This document shows, piece by piece, positions 45,821-54,529 of a DNA stretch of 64,000 nucleotides. The stretch spans positions 12,218-76,217 of the forward strand of contig CAZQEY010000003.1 of NCBI GenBank assembly GCA_964592485.1, read 5' to 3'. Under the pieces are notes generated by a model. The model saw only the letters and a program-made list of their open reading frames with translations. It searched no databases and was not told the DNA's origin. The position numbers were made by a program, and so were the translations under genes. Each line of letters begins with the position of its first letter. The first letter of the stretch is position 1. Source of the stretch: an uncultured Planctomycetales bacterium. GTDB lineage: Bacteria > Omnitrophota > Gorgyraeia > Gygaellales > JAHJCI01.

Positions 45821-46533
45821 AACAGAGGATTATTGCTTGGATTAGGAAGCAAGTAAGGCAGGCAGGGGCAAAGGGTGTGGTTGTGGGTTTAAGCGGAGGA
45901 CTGGATTCATCAGTAACCGCAGTTCTGTGTCTTAAGGCCTTGGGTAAAAGTAGGGTCTTGGGATTGATTATGCCTTGCTTTAGTCAAAAGCAGGATTTAT
46001 TGGATGCGCGCCTGGTAGCCAAAAAGCTGGGGATTAAGGTTAAATCCGTTGATTTAGGCCCACTCTATAAAACCTTCCTGAAAAGCCTGCCCAGGGCAAA
46101 TCAGCTGGCACGCGGTAATCTTAAAGCACGCCTGAGGATGATAGCCCTTTATTATTTCGCCAATAAACTAAATTACCTTGTCTGCGGCACTTCTAATAAA
46201 TCAGAGATATTAATGGGATACTTTACCAAATATGGCGACGGCGCAGAGGATATTGCTCCTCTGGGAGATTTATTAAAATCCCAGATAAAAGAATTGGCCA
46301 GGTCTTTCAATATACTGCAGAGGATTATTGATAAACCCCCTACTGCCGGCCTCTGGCCGGGGCAGACTGATGAGGCTGAATTAGGGATCAGCTATTCTCA
46401 ACTCGATGATATATTATTGCGACTTTCAAAGAGAAGTAGACAGATCCAGCCAAGGGGCGTGGTAAATAAAGTAAAATCCCGCATTCAAGCTACAGAACAT
46501 AAACGCCAGCCTCCCCAAATTTGCAAAATTTAA
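45817..46533 (+). CDS. nadE: NH3-dependent NAD+ synthetase
   Basis: PP-loop VVVGLSGGLDSSV, size 238 aa; overlaps upstream stop. Confidence 0.8.
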   Translation: MKQRIIAWIRKQVRQAGAKGVVVGLSGGLDSSVTAVLCLKALGKSRVLGLIMPCFSQKQDLLDARLVAKKLGIKVKSVDLGPLYKTFLKSLPRANQLARGNLKARLRMIALYYFANKLNYLVCGTSNKSEILMGYFTKYGDGAEDIAPLGDLLKSQIKELARSFNILQRIIDKPPTAGLWPGQTDEAELGISYSQLDDILLRLSKRSRQIQPRGVVNKVKSRIQATEHKRQPPQICKI

Positions 46534-46557
46534 AAAGGTATCTATTCTCGAAACAAC

Positions 46558-46586
46558 TTGTGAATTTTCCCTTTTTTTGTTATAAT
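46558..46586 (+). promoter_or_regulatory. Promoter TTGTGA-17-TATAAT upstream of lrp-aminotransferase-glnA operon
   Basis: Near-consensus -35/-10, would give ~215-nt structured 5'UTR. Confidence 0.5.
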
Positions 46587-46598
46587 CAAATGAAATCC

Positions 46599-46679
46599 AA
46601 ACTTACGCAACGAAGTGAACGTAATCCTTCGATTTTACTCAGGATTATGTCCTGAGCAGAACCGAAGGACGTAAGTTTG
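46599..46679 (+). repeat. Nested palindrome (AAACTTACG...CCTTCG...CTCAGGA-TTATG-TCCTGAG...CGAAGG...CGTAAGTTT); homolog of element at 39722-39799
   Basis: Three concentric inverted repeats read from sequence; related copy 39722-39799 (CCTTCGATAAACTCAGGACTGAGTCCTGAGCG...GTTTATCGAAGG). Confidence 0.55.
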
Positions 46680-46737
46680 TTGATTGAATTTATCTCTCGC
46701 AGCCGAGAGCTGTAATTGCCGCTCGGGAGCAATTCGC

Positions 46738-46795
46738 CCCGCCCTTTTGGGTCGTCTACGTCGAGTTTAACAAACCAAAAGGGCGGGGCTCATTG
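46738..46795 (+). repeat. REP-like variant CCCCGCCCTTTTGG-N28-CCAAAAGGGCGGGG immediately upstream of lrp SD
   Basis: Perfect 14-bp inverted repeat; arms resemble CCCCGCACCTT family. Confidence 0.5.
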
Positions 46796-46807
46796 AAGGA
46801 GGCAGAT

Positions 46808-47293
46808 ATGGATGAGATTCTTGAGATTCTAGAAAAAAACGCACGGATAACTCCCGAAGAGATTGCCGGGATGCTGAAGAGAAGCGTTTCCTCAGTAAAA
46901 AGCGCAATCAAGAAATTCGAAAAACAGGAAGTGATTCTGGGTTACAAGACAATCATTAATAAGGAATTGGTGCGTGAGGATGATTCTGAGGTGCGCGCCA
47001 TTATTGAAGTTAGGATAACACCCCAGAAGGATGTTGGCTTTGATAAGATTGCCCAGAGAATCTATTCCTTCCCGGAGGTAAAGAGTTGTTATCTTCTCTC
47101 GGGAACATACGATTTATTACTTGTCGTTGAAGGCAGAAATATCCATACCGTTTCTAATTTTGTCGCTGAAAAACTCGCTCCGCTTGAGAATGTACGAGGT
47201 ACCACCACCCATTTTCTGTTAAAGAAATATAAAGAGGATGGTATGGTCCTTAAGCATAGGGAAGAGGATAAAAGAATAGCCATATCCTATTAG
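46808..47293 (+). CDS. Lrp/AsnC-family transcriptional regulator
   Basis: N-terminal HTH (DEILEILEKNARITPEEIAGMLKRS) plus C-terminal RAM domain; SD GAAGGAGG; track ORF begins at TTG 46793. Confidence 0.8.
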   Translation: MDEILEILEKNARITPEEIAGMLKRSVSSVKSAIKKFEKQEVILGYKTIINKELVREDDSEVRAIIEVRITPQKDVGFDKIAQRIYSFPEVKSCYLLSGTYDLLLVVEGRNIHTVSNFVAEKLAPLENVRGTTTHFLLKKYKEDGMVLKHREEDKRIAISY

Positions 47294-47323
47294 TAGGTAG
47301 TATGTAGTAGGCAGGAGATAGGG

Positions 47324-48478
47324 ATGAAGATATCTAAAAAGGTTGAAAATATGCGGCCTTCAGGCATCAGGGAGTTTTTTGACCTGGTTCTGGGGATGAA
47401 GGAGGTAATATCTCTGGGGGTAGGCGAGCCAGATTTTGTCACTCCTTGGAATATTCGTGAGGTCGGGATATATTCCTTAGAACAGGGTTTTACTTCCTAT
47501 ACCTCAAATAAAGGACTGTATAAATTAAGATTAAGCATAAGCCGATATTTAAAAAATAGATACAACCTTAATTACTGTCCCGATGAGGAAATTTTAATTA
47601 CTGTCGGTGTAAGTGAAGGGTTAGATTTGGCTTTGCGCGCAATTATAAACCCAGGGGATAGAATTCTGATTCCCGCTCCGAGCTACGTTTCCTACGGCCC
47701 GGTTACAGAATTAGCAGGCGGTATACCTATATATATAAATACAAGAGGGCAAGGGTTTAAACTTACTCCTGATGTGTTAAACAAATATATTGATAAAAAA
47801 ACCAAAGCAATTATTCTGAATTACCCAGCAAATCCAACGGGTATTTCTTACACTAAAAAAGAATTAGATGAGATTAAGAAAGTTATCTTAAAAAATAAAT
47901 TACTCTGTGTATCTGATGAGATTTACGCAGATTTAACCTATGACTTTGAGCATACGCCGTTTGCTTTGCTTTCCGGTGCAAGAAATCATACGGTTTATTT
48001 GAATGGATTCTCCAAGGCTTATGCGATGACTGGTTGGCGTGTGGGGTTTGTTTGTGGTTCGAAAGAGATAATTGCTGCTATGACTAAGATACATCAGTAT
48101 ACAATAATGTGCGTTTCCATAACCAGCCAGATGGCTGCATGTGAGGCAGTGCATACAGGTAAAAAGTCAGTTGAGCAGATGAAGCGCGAATATAAAAGAC
48201 GGCGAGAGTTAATGGTTGACAGATTAAGTAAACTGGGTCTTGAGTGTATTAGGCCTAACGGCGCATTTTATATATTTACTTCGGTTAAAAAGACAGGCTT
48301 AAGCTCTTTAGAATTTGCACAGAGATTACTTAAGAAAGAGAAGGTGGCGGTTGTGCCGGGCACTGCCTTTGGCAGAGACTTTGATGATTATATCAGGATA
48401 TCCTATGCCTCCAGTTATGATAATTTAAAGGAGGCATTGTTAAGGATGGAGAGATTTTTAAAAGAGGTAAGAAAATGA
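47324..48478 (+). CDS. PLP-dependent aminotransferase class I/II (aspartate aminotransferase-like)
   Basis: NGFSKAYAMTGWRVGF (PLP Lys region), PANPTG, size 384 aa. Confidence 0.8.
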   Translation: MKISKKVENMRPSGIREFFDLVLGMKEVISLGVGEPDFVTPWNIREVGIYSLEQGFTSYTSNKGLYKLRLSISRYLKNRYNLNYCPDEEILITVGVSEGLDLALRAIINPGDRILIPAPSYVSYGPVTELAGGIPIYINTRGQGFKLTPDVLNKYIDKKTKAIILNYPANPTGISYTKKELDEIKKVILKNKLLCVSDEIYADLTYDFEHTPFALLSGARNHTVYLNGFSKAYAMTGWRVGFVCGSKEIIAAMTKIHQYTIMCVSITSQMAACEAVHTGKKSVEQMKREYKRRRELMVDRLSKLGLECIRPNGAFYIFTSVKKTGLSSLEFAQRLLKKEKVAVVPGTAFGRDFDDYIRISYASSYDNLKEALLRMERFLKEVRK

Positions 48479-49803
48479 AGCCAAAAACCAAACAGGATGT
48501 AATAAGATTAGTCAAACGGCACAAGATTAAATTTATACGTTTATGGTTTACTGATGTATTAGGGTTCCTCAAAGGTTTTACAATCGCTACGGATGAGTTA
48601 AGGCGCGCCTTAGAGGACGGTATGGGTTTCGATGGTTCGTCTATTGAAGGATTTGCCCGCATTGAAGAATCGGATATGATTGCCCGGCCCGATATAAATA
48701 CGTTTGCTCTTCTTCCCTGGGAATCTAAGGAGCGGCCCGTAGCCAGGATGTTCTGTGATATTTATACACCAGATGGTAAGCCATTTTCCGGTGATCCGCG
48801 CTACATTCTAAAAAGGGATTTAGCCAGAGCCAAAAAGATGGGTTTTACCTATTATGTTGGTCCGGAGTTAGAATATTTTTATTTTAATAATCCCCAGAAC
48901 GCAATTATTCTAGATAGGGGGGGATATTTTGACCTTACGCCTCTGGATATTGCTCAGGATGTGCGTCATCAGACGGTAGAGGTTCTTGAGAACCTGGGGA
49001 TTATTGTTGAATACAGTCACCATGAAGTTTCCTCCAGTCAGCATGAGATTGATTTACGCTATACTGATGCACTTACGATGGCGGACAATGTGATGACGTA
49101 TCGGCTGGTAGTAAAGGAGATTGCTCAATCCAGAGGACTTCATGCTACCTTTATGCCCAAGCCAATCTATGGAATGAATGGTTCGGGAATGCATACTCAT
49201 CAGTCTTTGTTTCGCGGTAAGAGCAATGCCTTTTTTGACAAAAAGGATAAGTTCCATTTATCTAGTACTGGCAAACATTTTATTGCCGGCTTACTTAAGC
49301 ATGCTCCGGAAATCACCTCCATAACTAATCAGTGGGTGAATTCTTATAAGCGCCTGGTTGTCGGCTATGAGGCTCCAGTTTATATATGTTGGGCGAATAT
49401 GAATCGCTCGGCCTTAATTCGCGTTCCGATGTATAAACCGGGAAGAGAAAAATCAATGCGTATTGAATACCGCGTCCCTGACCCGGCCTGCAATCCATAT
49501 TTGGCTTTCTCGGTGATGCTTTCTGCGGGGCTGGAGGGAATAAACAACAAATATCCCCTGCCTGAAGCAGCAAATGATAATATTTATAAGATGACCGAAG
49601 CTGAGAGGAGGCGGGCAGGGATTAAAGCCCTACCCGAAGATTTACTGGAAGCGATTAAACTAACAGAGAAATCAGAATTAGTAAAGAAGGCATTGGGTGA
49701 GGAATTATTCAGTTTCTTTATCCGCAATAAAAAAATGGAATGGAATGAGTATAAGGCTCAGGTAACTCAATACGAAACGAATAAGTATCTGCCGATATTG
49801 TAA
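48475..49803 (+). CDS. glnA: Glutamine synthetase
   Basis: FDGSSIEGF, NGSGMHTHQS, Tyr-adenylation-free short type-I-like length 442 aa; overlaps upstream stop. Confidence 0.85.
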   Translation: MKPKTKQDVIRLVKRHKIKFIRLWFTDVLGFLKGFTIATDELRRALEDGMGFDGSSIEGFARIEESDMIARPDINTFALLPWESKERPVARMFCDIYTPDGKPFSGDPRYILKRDLARAKKMGFTYYVGPELEYFYFNNPQNAIILDRGGYFDLTPLDIAQDVRHQTVEVLENLGIIVEYSHHEVSSSQHEIDLRYTDALTMADNVMTYRLVVKEIAQSRGLHATFMPKPIYGMNGSGMHTHQSLFRGKSNAFFDKKDKFHLSSTGKHFIAGLLKHAPEITSITNQWVNSYKRLVVGYEAPVYICWANMNRSALIRVPMYKPGREKSMRIEYRVPDPACNPYLAFSVMLSAGLEGINNKYPLPEAANDNIYKMTEAERRRAGIKALPEDLLEAIKLTEKSELVKKALGEELFSFFIRNKKMEWNEYKAQVTQYETNKYLPIL

Positions 49804-49856
49804 GGTTTTCCGCAGGGTTCCCCAAAGACATTTTTGCAGAAAGGATAATAATATAC

Positions 49857-49885
49857 TTGACAAGCGCTTTTTTATTTGCTATTCT
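49857..49885 (+). promoter_or_regulatory. Promoter TTGACA-17-TATTCT of rex
   Basis: Read directly; spacer 17. Confidence 0.5.
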
Positions 49886-49903
49886 TTGTGAAAAATAGCA
49901 CAA
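49886..49903 (+). promoter_or_regulatory. Rex operator-like box TTGTGAAAAATAGCACAA overlapping transcription start of rex
   Basis: Matches TTGTGAA-N4-TTCACAA consensus in 12/14 half-site positions; immediately downstream of -10. Confidence 0.5.
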
Positions 49904-49924
49904 AGTCTGTGAATATTGTTACAA

Positions 49925-50572
49925 ATGAATAACAAAAAAGTACCCGAAGGGACAATCTCGCGCCTGTTCATTTATCTGAGAGAACTCTCAAGCTTAACAA
50001 AGGTAAATATCCATACAGTATCATCCGCGGAATTAGGTGAGAGGACTAATCTAAGCGACGCGCAGGTAAGGAAAGACCTGGGTTATTTCGGTCAATTCGG
50101 CACAAGCGGAGCAGGCTACGACACCAGAGAACTTAAGGCTGCGCTAGAGAAGATACTCGGTAAAAACAAAGCATGGAATGTGGCCGTGATTGGAGTAGGG
50201 CATCTGGGTTCTGCGCTGGTTACCTATCCGGGATTTAAGAAGCATGGTTTGGATATAGTCGCGGGATTTGATTCTGATATCAGAAAGATAGGTAAGCAGG
50301 TGGGGGACGTAGTTATTCAATCGATAGATGAACTATCCAAGACGATTAAAGATAAAAAGATAGCCATTGGCGTTATCACTGTTCCTGCCGAATATGCCCA
50401 GGAAGTGGCGGATAAATTAATTAAGGCAGGAGTGGAATGTATCCTGAATTTTGCTCCCACTGCATTGATTGTGCCAGAGAATATTAAGGTAAAGGACGTG
50501 GATCTTTCCCGGGAACTGGAGACGCTTTCTTACTTTTTGGTTAATCCCCTTAGAAAAAAAGCGTTAGCTTAG
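49925..50572 (+). CDS. rex: Redox-sensing transcriptional repressor Rex
   Basis: N-terminal winged helix (ISRLFIYLRELSSL), NADH-binding Rossmann NVAVIGVGHLGSAL, size ~215 aa. Confidence 0.8.
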   Translation: MNNKKVPEGTISRLFIYLRELSSLTKVNIHTVSSAELGERTNLSDAQVRKDLGYFGQFGTSGAGYDTRELKAALEKILGKNKAWNVAVIGVGHLGSALVTYPGFKKHGLDIVAGFDSDIRKIGKQVGDVVIQSIDELSKTIKDKKIAIGVITVPAEYAQEVADKLIKAGVECILNFAPTALIVPENIKVKDVDLSRELETLSYFLVNPLRKKALA

Positions 50573-50655
50573 GACTAAATGCAACTTTCTAAGGGGCTTC
50601 GTTAGATGTTTACTATCTAATGGGGCGGCGTTAACCAGAAGATTACTTAAAGAGG

Positions 50656-51771
50656 ATGTCAGAAATCTACTATTCATCAGCAGCACAATGGGAGGGTTTC
50701 TTAATCGAGTTGAGGCAGTCTTTCCGCGTTTATCTGCCCCGAGCAAAAGACGACGATTATCTCTATGAAGAATACAACCCCCCACACCAAAATTATCGGT
50801 ATGGGGGTAAAGACTCAGGGTTTTTCAGTTTTAATTCCTACCGACCGGTTCAACCAATAAAATCCTTTCTATTCTATTCTAAAGAAAAGGTTGCCCAGGG
50901 TTTTGTCAAATCCTCATTGCCAGAGCCTATCCCCACGGTAGTAGTGGGGTTAAAGAACTGCGATTTGCATTCTTTGAAGGTGCAGGATTATGTGTTTACC
51001 CCGCACCTTCTCCAAAGTAGCGCAGGATTAGGGCAAGAAGGTGCGGGGTTTAAGGAAGGCATCGAGGACGACCCGTTATATAAACAAAAGAGAGAAAACA
51101 CAATTCTTATTTCCGGCGACTGCACTGGTTTTAAAGAGGTCTGCTTCTGTCTTGCCCTTGAGGTCTTACCGCATCCAGTAGAGGGATTTGATTTGAATCT
51201 TTCTCCTTTAACCGATGGATTCTTGGTTGAGGTTGGCTCTAAGCGCGGCAAGGAGTTGATTGAGAAATATCAGAAATATTTTATCAAGGCGAAGGAATCA
51301 CAGATTAGTGCCAGAGATTCCAAACGACAGAATATAATTAATGAATTAACCACCCGCCTTAGTGAAAAAAACTTGCCCAAAAAAGAGATATTACAGAAAA
51401 TTGTCAAACAGGGTTATAATGCCAGTACCTGGCAGGATTTTTGTCTTAACTGTGTAGAGTGCGGCGCCTGTAATTTTGTCTGTTGCACTTGTCATTGTTT
51501 TCTCTTAACTGATACCCAGGATAAAGATAGATATCCACGCTTGCGCATCTGGGATTCTTGCCAATACGCGAATTTTGCCCGGGTTGCCGGAGGGGCGAAT
51601 CCCTTAAAGAGGAGACAGCAACGCCTGAGGAATCGCTTTTTAAAGAAGTTTGATTTCTTTGTTGATAATCTGGGGATGCCAGCTTGTGAGGGATGCGGCA
51701 GGTGCATTGAGGCTTGCCCAGCAAAGATTGATATCAGGGAGGTCCTAAAGGATTTAGCAAAAAATGCTTAA
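50656..51771 (+). CDS. Fe-S subunit of HydB/AsrA type (sulfhydrogenase beta / anaerobic sulfite reductase subunit A-like), 371 aa; carries an apparent in-frame REP-like insertion at 50995-51054
   Basis: C-terminal CxxCxxCxxxC clusters (CLNCVECGACNFVCCTCHC; CEGCGRCIEACP); followed by HydG/AsrB-like partner. Confidence 0.6.
   Translation: MSEIYYSSAAQWEGFLIELRQSFRVYLPRAKDDDYLYEEYNPPHQNYRYGGKDSGFFSFNSYRPVQPIKSFLFYSKEKVAQGFVKSSLPEPIPTVVVGLKNCDLHSLKVQDYVFTPHLLQSSAGLGQEGAGFKEGIEDDPLYKQKRENTILISGDCTGFKEVCFCLALEVLPHPVEGFDLNLSPLTDGFLVEVGSKRGKELIEKYQKYFIKAKESQISARDSKRQNIINELTTRLSEKNLPKKEILQKIVKQGYNASTWQDFCLNCVECGACNFVCCTCHCFLLTDTQDKDRYPRLRIWDSCQYANFARVAGGANPLKRRQQRLRNRFLKKFDFFVDNLGMPACEGCGRCIEACPAKIDIREVLKDLAKNA
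50995..51054 (+). repeat. REP-like element copy 3 (TTTACCCCGCACCTTCTCCAAAGTAGCGCAGGATTAGGGCAAGAAGGTGCGGGGTTTAAGG) located inside CDS 50656-51771
   Basis: Perfect 13-bp arms CCCCGCACCTTCT / AGAAGGTGCGGGG; interior nearly identical to intergenic copy 1. Confidence 0.6.
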
Positions 51772-52573
51772 TATATATCAGCCTTTGCCAATACTAGTTG
51801 AGGAGATAATTGAAGAAACCCCTACGATAAAGACCTTTGTCTTGCGTCCCGAAGAGGATTTTAGTTTCAATACCGGACAGTTCGTAGAATTAGGCTTAGC
51901 CGGCTTAGGTGAGGCTCCGTTTACTCCCTCATCTGACCCAAATATAAAAGAGAGATTAGAGATAACCATTATGAATGTTGGCAGCTTGACCTTGCAGCTG
52001 CATTCTTTGAACAAAAATACTCGCTTAGGTATTCGCGGGCCTTTTGGCAAGGGGTATCCCTTGGAAGAATTTAAGGGCAGGGAGATTGTTATTGTTGGCG
52101 GTGGGGTAGGGTTGGCGCCTTTGCGCTCATTATTGTTGAGTCTGTTTTCAGAACTTGGCCAATACAAAAAGGTATTATTAAGGTATGGCGCGCGCACGCC
52201 CAAGGATATGCTCTACCGCAGCCTTCTGGGTAAATGGGCTAAAAAAATTGATGTGGTAACTACTGTAGATGCAGCTGAAAAGGGATATAAGGGCAACGTC
52301 GGTCTGGTAACCACAATATTAAAGGATTTTCCTGTTGATGTTAAACAAGCGGTTGCGGTTGTCTGCGGGCCACCAATAATGATGAAATTTACCACTTTAA
52401 AACTTCTTGATTTAGGGTTTAGTTCATCAAATATATATCTTTCTATGGAGAAGAATATGTCCTGCGGCTTAGGAAAATGCGGTCATTGCCGGATTGGTAG
52501 ATACTACGTGTGCAAGGATGGTCCGGTATTTACCTATGCTCAATTGCAGGATATACCGGATATTTGGGATTGA
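51764..52573 (+). CDS. FAD/NAD(P)H-binding 2Fe-2S oxidoreductase subunit (HydG / AsrB / PyrK family)
   Basis: Ferredoxin-reductase-type fold (RPEEDFSFNTGQFVEL; GGGVGLAPL) plus C-terminal CGLGKCGHCRIGRYYVCKDGPVF 2Fe-2S motif. Confidence 0.7.
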   Translation: MLNIYQPLPILVEEIIEETPTIKTFVLRPEEDFSFNTGQFVELGLAGLGEAPFTPSSDPNIKERLEITIMNVGSLTLQLHSLNKNTRLGIRGPFGKGYPLEEFKGREIVIVGGGVGLAPLRSLLLSLFSELGQYKKVLLRYGARTPKDMLYRSLLGKWAKKIDVVTTVDAAEKGYKGNVGLVTTILKDFPVDVKQAVAVVCGPPIMMKFTTLKLLDLGFSSSNIYLSMEKNMSCGLGKCGHCRIGRYYVCKDGPVFTYAQLQDIPDIWD

Positions 52574-52578
52574 TTCAT

Positions 52579-53070
52579 ATGAAGAGACTATTTGTTGATT
52601 TAGAAGTCTGTAACAAATGTCCTGAATGCGTGGTAAAGTGTAGTTACTTTTATCATCCCCAGAATAACGGTATCGCCAATTTACGCGAGTATGCTACCTT
52701 TGCCCTTTATTGCCGGCAGTGCGAGGAGGCTCCTTGCGTTAATGCCTGTTATCATGAGGCATTGGAAAAACAAGTAGATGGGACTCTCAAGCGTTATAAG
52801 ATGCGCTGCACCAGTTGTAAATCCTGTAGTATTGCCTGTCCGTTTGGCACAATATTTCCTGATTTTATCCCTTATCTGGACTCAAGATGCGATTATTGTG
52901 TAGGCGTAACAAAAGAGTTACCCGAATGTATTCTCACCTGTCCCTACAAGGCAGTGGAAATAAAGGAGATTAAGGAAAACCCCGAGGCAGACATCTATTT
53001 TGTGGGTAAGAACCTGGCTGTGCATTCGCGTAAGTGGGTCAAGGAAGAGGTTAGTCAAAAGAAAAAATGA
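52579..53070 (+). CDS. 4Fe-4S dicluster electron-transfer protein (HycB/HydN-like)
   Basis: Multiple Cys-rich ferredoxin motifs (CNKCPECVVKC; CRQCEEAPCVNAC; CTSCKSCSIACP; CDYCVG...CILTCP). Confidence 0.6.
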   Translation: MKRLFVDLEVCNKCPECVVKCSYFYHPQNNGIANLREYATFALYCRQCEEAPCVNACYHEALEKQVDGTLKRYKMRCTSCKSCSIACPFGTIFPDFIPYLDSRCDYCVGVTKELPECILTCPYKAVEIKEIKENPEADIYFVGKNLAVHSRKWVKEEVSQKKK

Positions 53071-53071
53071 C

Positions 53072-53172
53072 CCCGCACCTTCTTAATATTTACAATTCAT
53101 TTTTAATAAAGGTGTAGGGTTAAAAGATATATAGATAATAAAATTAAGAATAAAAGAGAAGGTGCGGGGTGA
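53072..53172 (+). repeat. REP-like element copy 4 (arms ACCCCGCACCTTCTT / AAGAAGGTGCGGGGT separated by ~70 nt AT-rich)
   Basis: Read directly; right arm overlaps SD/GTG start of nuoH-like gene. Confidence 0.55.
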
Positions 53173-54077
53173 TATTATTTAACTACTTAATCTTTCCCGG
53201 ATTTTTATTCAGTGCAATCATTGGTTTGATTGCCGGATGGGTTGACCGTAAGGTCACAGCACGGATTCAATGGCGGGTTGGTCCGCCCTGGTATCAGAAC
53301 TTCGTCGATTTCTTAAAACTTCTGGGCAAAGAAACAATCCTGCCGCGAAGTAGTAAATTTACATTCTTACTTGTCCCTCTGCTGGGATTAATCTCAGTTA
53401 CGCTGGTTGCCACTATTGTGGGAAGACTGTTAATGAATCCTGCCGAATCCTTTTTAGGGGATTTGATAGTGGTGTTATATCTGTTGATAATACCGGCGAT
53501 TGCCTTAATCCTGGGGGGCAGCGCTTCCGGTAATCCCCTGGCTTCTACTGGCGTATCCAGGGAGATGAAGTTGGTTCTGGCTTATGAGCTCCCCTTTATT
53601 CTGGCGGTGATTACTGTAATGATAAAAGCAGGAAACACAATCAGATTGGGCGAGATTCTTGCTTATCAGATAGGTAATGGCGCGATGTTGGGGTCGGTCT
53701 CAGGATGGCTGGCCTTTATTGTTGCAATATTATGTATGCAGGCAAAACTGGGATTGGTTCCCTTTGATGTTTCTGAAGCTGAACAGGAGATTATGTCCGG
53801 AGTACTTATTGAGTATTCAGGATTTACTCTGGCAATATTTAAACTGATGAAATCAATACTTCTGTATGTTATGCCTTTATTTTTAATCAGCCTGTTCTGG
53901 GCAGCAAATATAGGAGTCCTTTCCTTGGTTGGTAAATATGTTGCCTTACTGGTCATCATTATCTTGATTAAGAATACCAGTCCCCGCTTAAGGATTGACC
54001 AAGCATTTAAGTTTTTCTGGGGACCGATTACAGTCCTCGCAGTTATAGCAGTAATTTCAGCCCTGCTCGGGCTGTAA
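53169..54077 (+). CDS. Membrane subunit of group 4 [NiFe] hydrogenase / complex I NuoH family (MbhM/HycD/EchB-like)
   Basis: 8 TM helices; GWVDRKVTARIQWRVGPP and GNPLASTGVSREMKLVLAYELPF match NuoH signatures; GTG start. Confidence 0.75.
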   Translation: MILFNYLIFPGFLFSAIIGLIAGWVDRKVTARIQWRVGPPWYQNFVDFLKLLGKETILPRSSKFTFLLVPLLGLISVTLVATIVGRLLMNPAESFLGDLIVVLYLLIIPAIALILGGSASGNPLASTGVSREMKLVLAYELPFILAVITVMIKAGNTIRLGEILAYQIGNGAMLGSVSGWLAFIVAILCMQAKLGLVPFDVSEAEQEIMSGVLIEYSGFTLAIFKLMKSILLYVMPLFLISLFWAANIGVLSLVGKYVALLVIIILIKNTSPRLRIDQAFKFFWGPITVLAVIAVISALLGL

Positions 54078-54100
54078 TAGTTGACAGTTGTCAGAAAAAT

Positions 54101-54529
54101 ATGAACTTAAAACTAAAGGCACTAACTAAGTCTCTGTGGGTATTTCACTTATGCATTGGGGGGTCCTGCAATAATTGCGATATTGAGATTCTGGATTTAT
54201 TAACCCCTCGATATGATGTGGAGAGATTTGGGTTAATGCTTGTAGGTAGTATTCGCCATGCAGATGTGCTCTTAATCACTGGCTCATTGTCCAGAAAGGC
54301 AGCACCAAGGGCAAAGAGGCTTTATGAACAGATGCCCAAGCCAGGGGTAGTAGTTGCGGTTGGCTCCTGCGCTTTGGGTCGGGGGATATTTAAAGATGGC
54401 TATAATACACCTTGTCCCTTAGATGAGTTAATTCCTGTGGACCTATATATACCCGGCTGTCCTCCCAAGCCTGAGGCAATGATTAACGGGATAGTAAAGT
54501 TAATTAAAAAAGTCAAAGGCGAAAAATAA
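54101..54529 (+). CDS. Hydrogenase small subunit, NuoB family (MbhJ/EchC-like)
   Basis: CIGGSCNNCDIE ... GSCA ... PGCPPKPE (4 Cys of proximal 4Fe-4S). Confidence 0.85.
   Translation: MNLKLKALTKSLWVFHLCIGGSCNNCDIEILDLLTPRYDVERFGLMLVGSIRHADVLLITGSLSRKAAPRAKRLYEQMPKPGVVVAVGSCALGRGIFKDGYNTPCPLDELIPVDLYIPGCPPKPEAMINGIVKLIKKVKGEK

Noticed and set aside
46599-46700. Glutamine (glnA-motif) riboswitch or T-box leader in front of the lrp/glnA operon
   Set aside because: CGAAGTGAACGTAA superficially recalls the glnA motif, but the conserved GGAAGTAGG/pseudoknot elements and the T-box AATTAGAGTGG... sequence are absent. The palindromes also recur elsewhere as REP-like repeats.
51778-52203. 141-aa minus-strand ORF
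   Set aside because: It lies antisense to the HydG/AsrB-like gene, which has clear FAD/NAD and 2Fe-2S motifs on the + strand.
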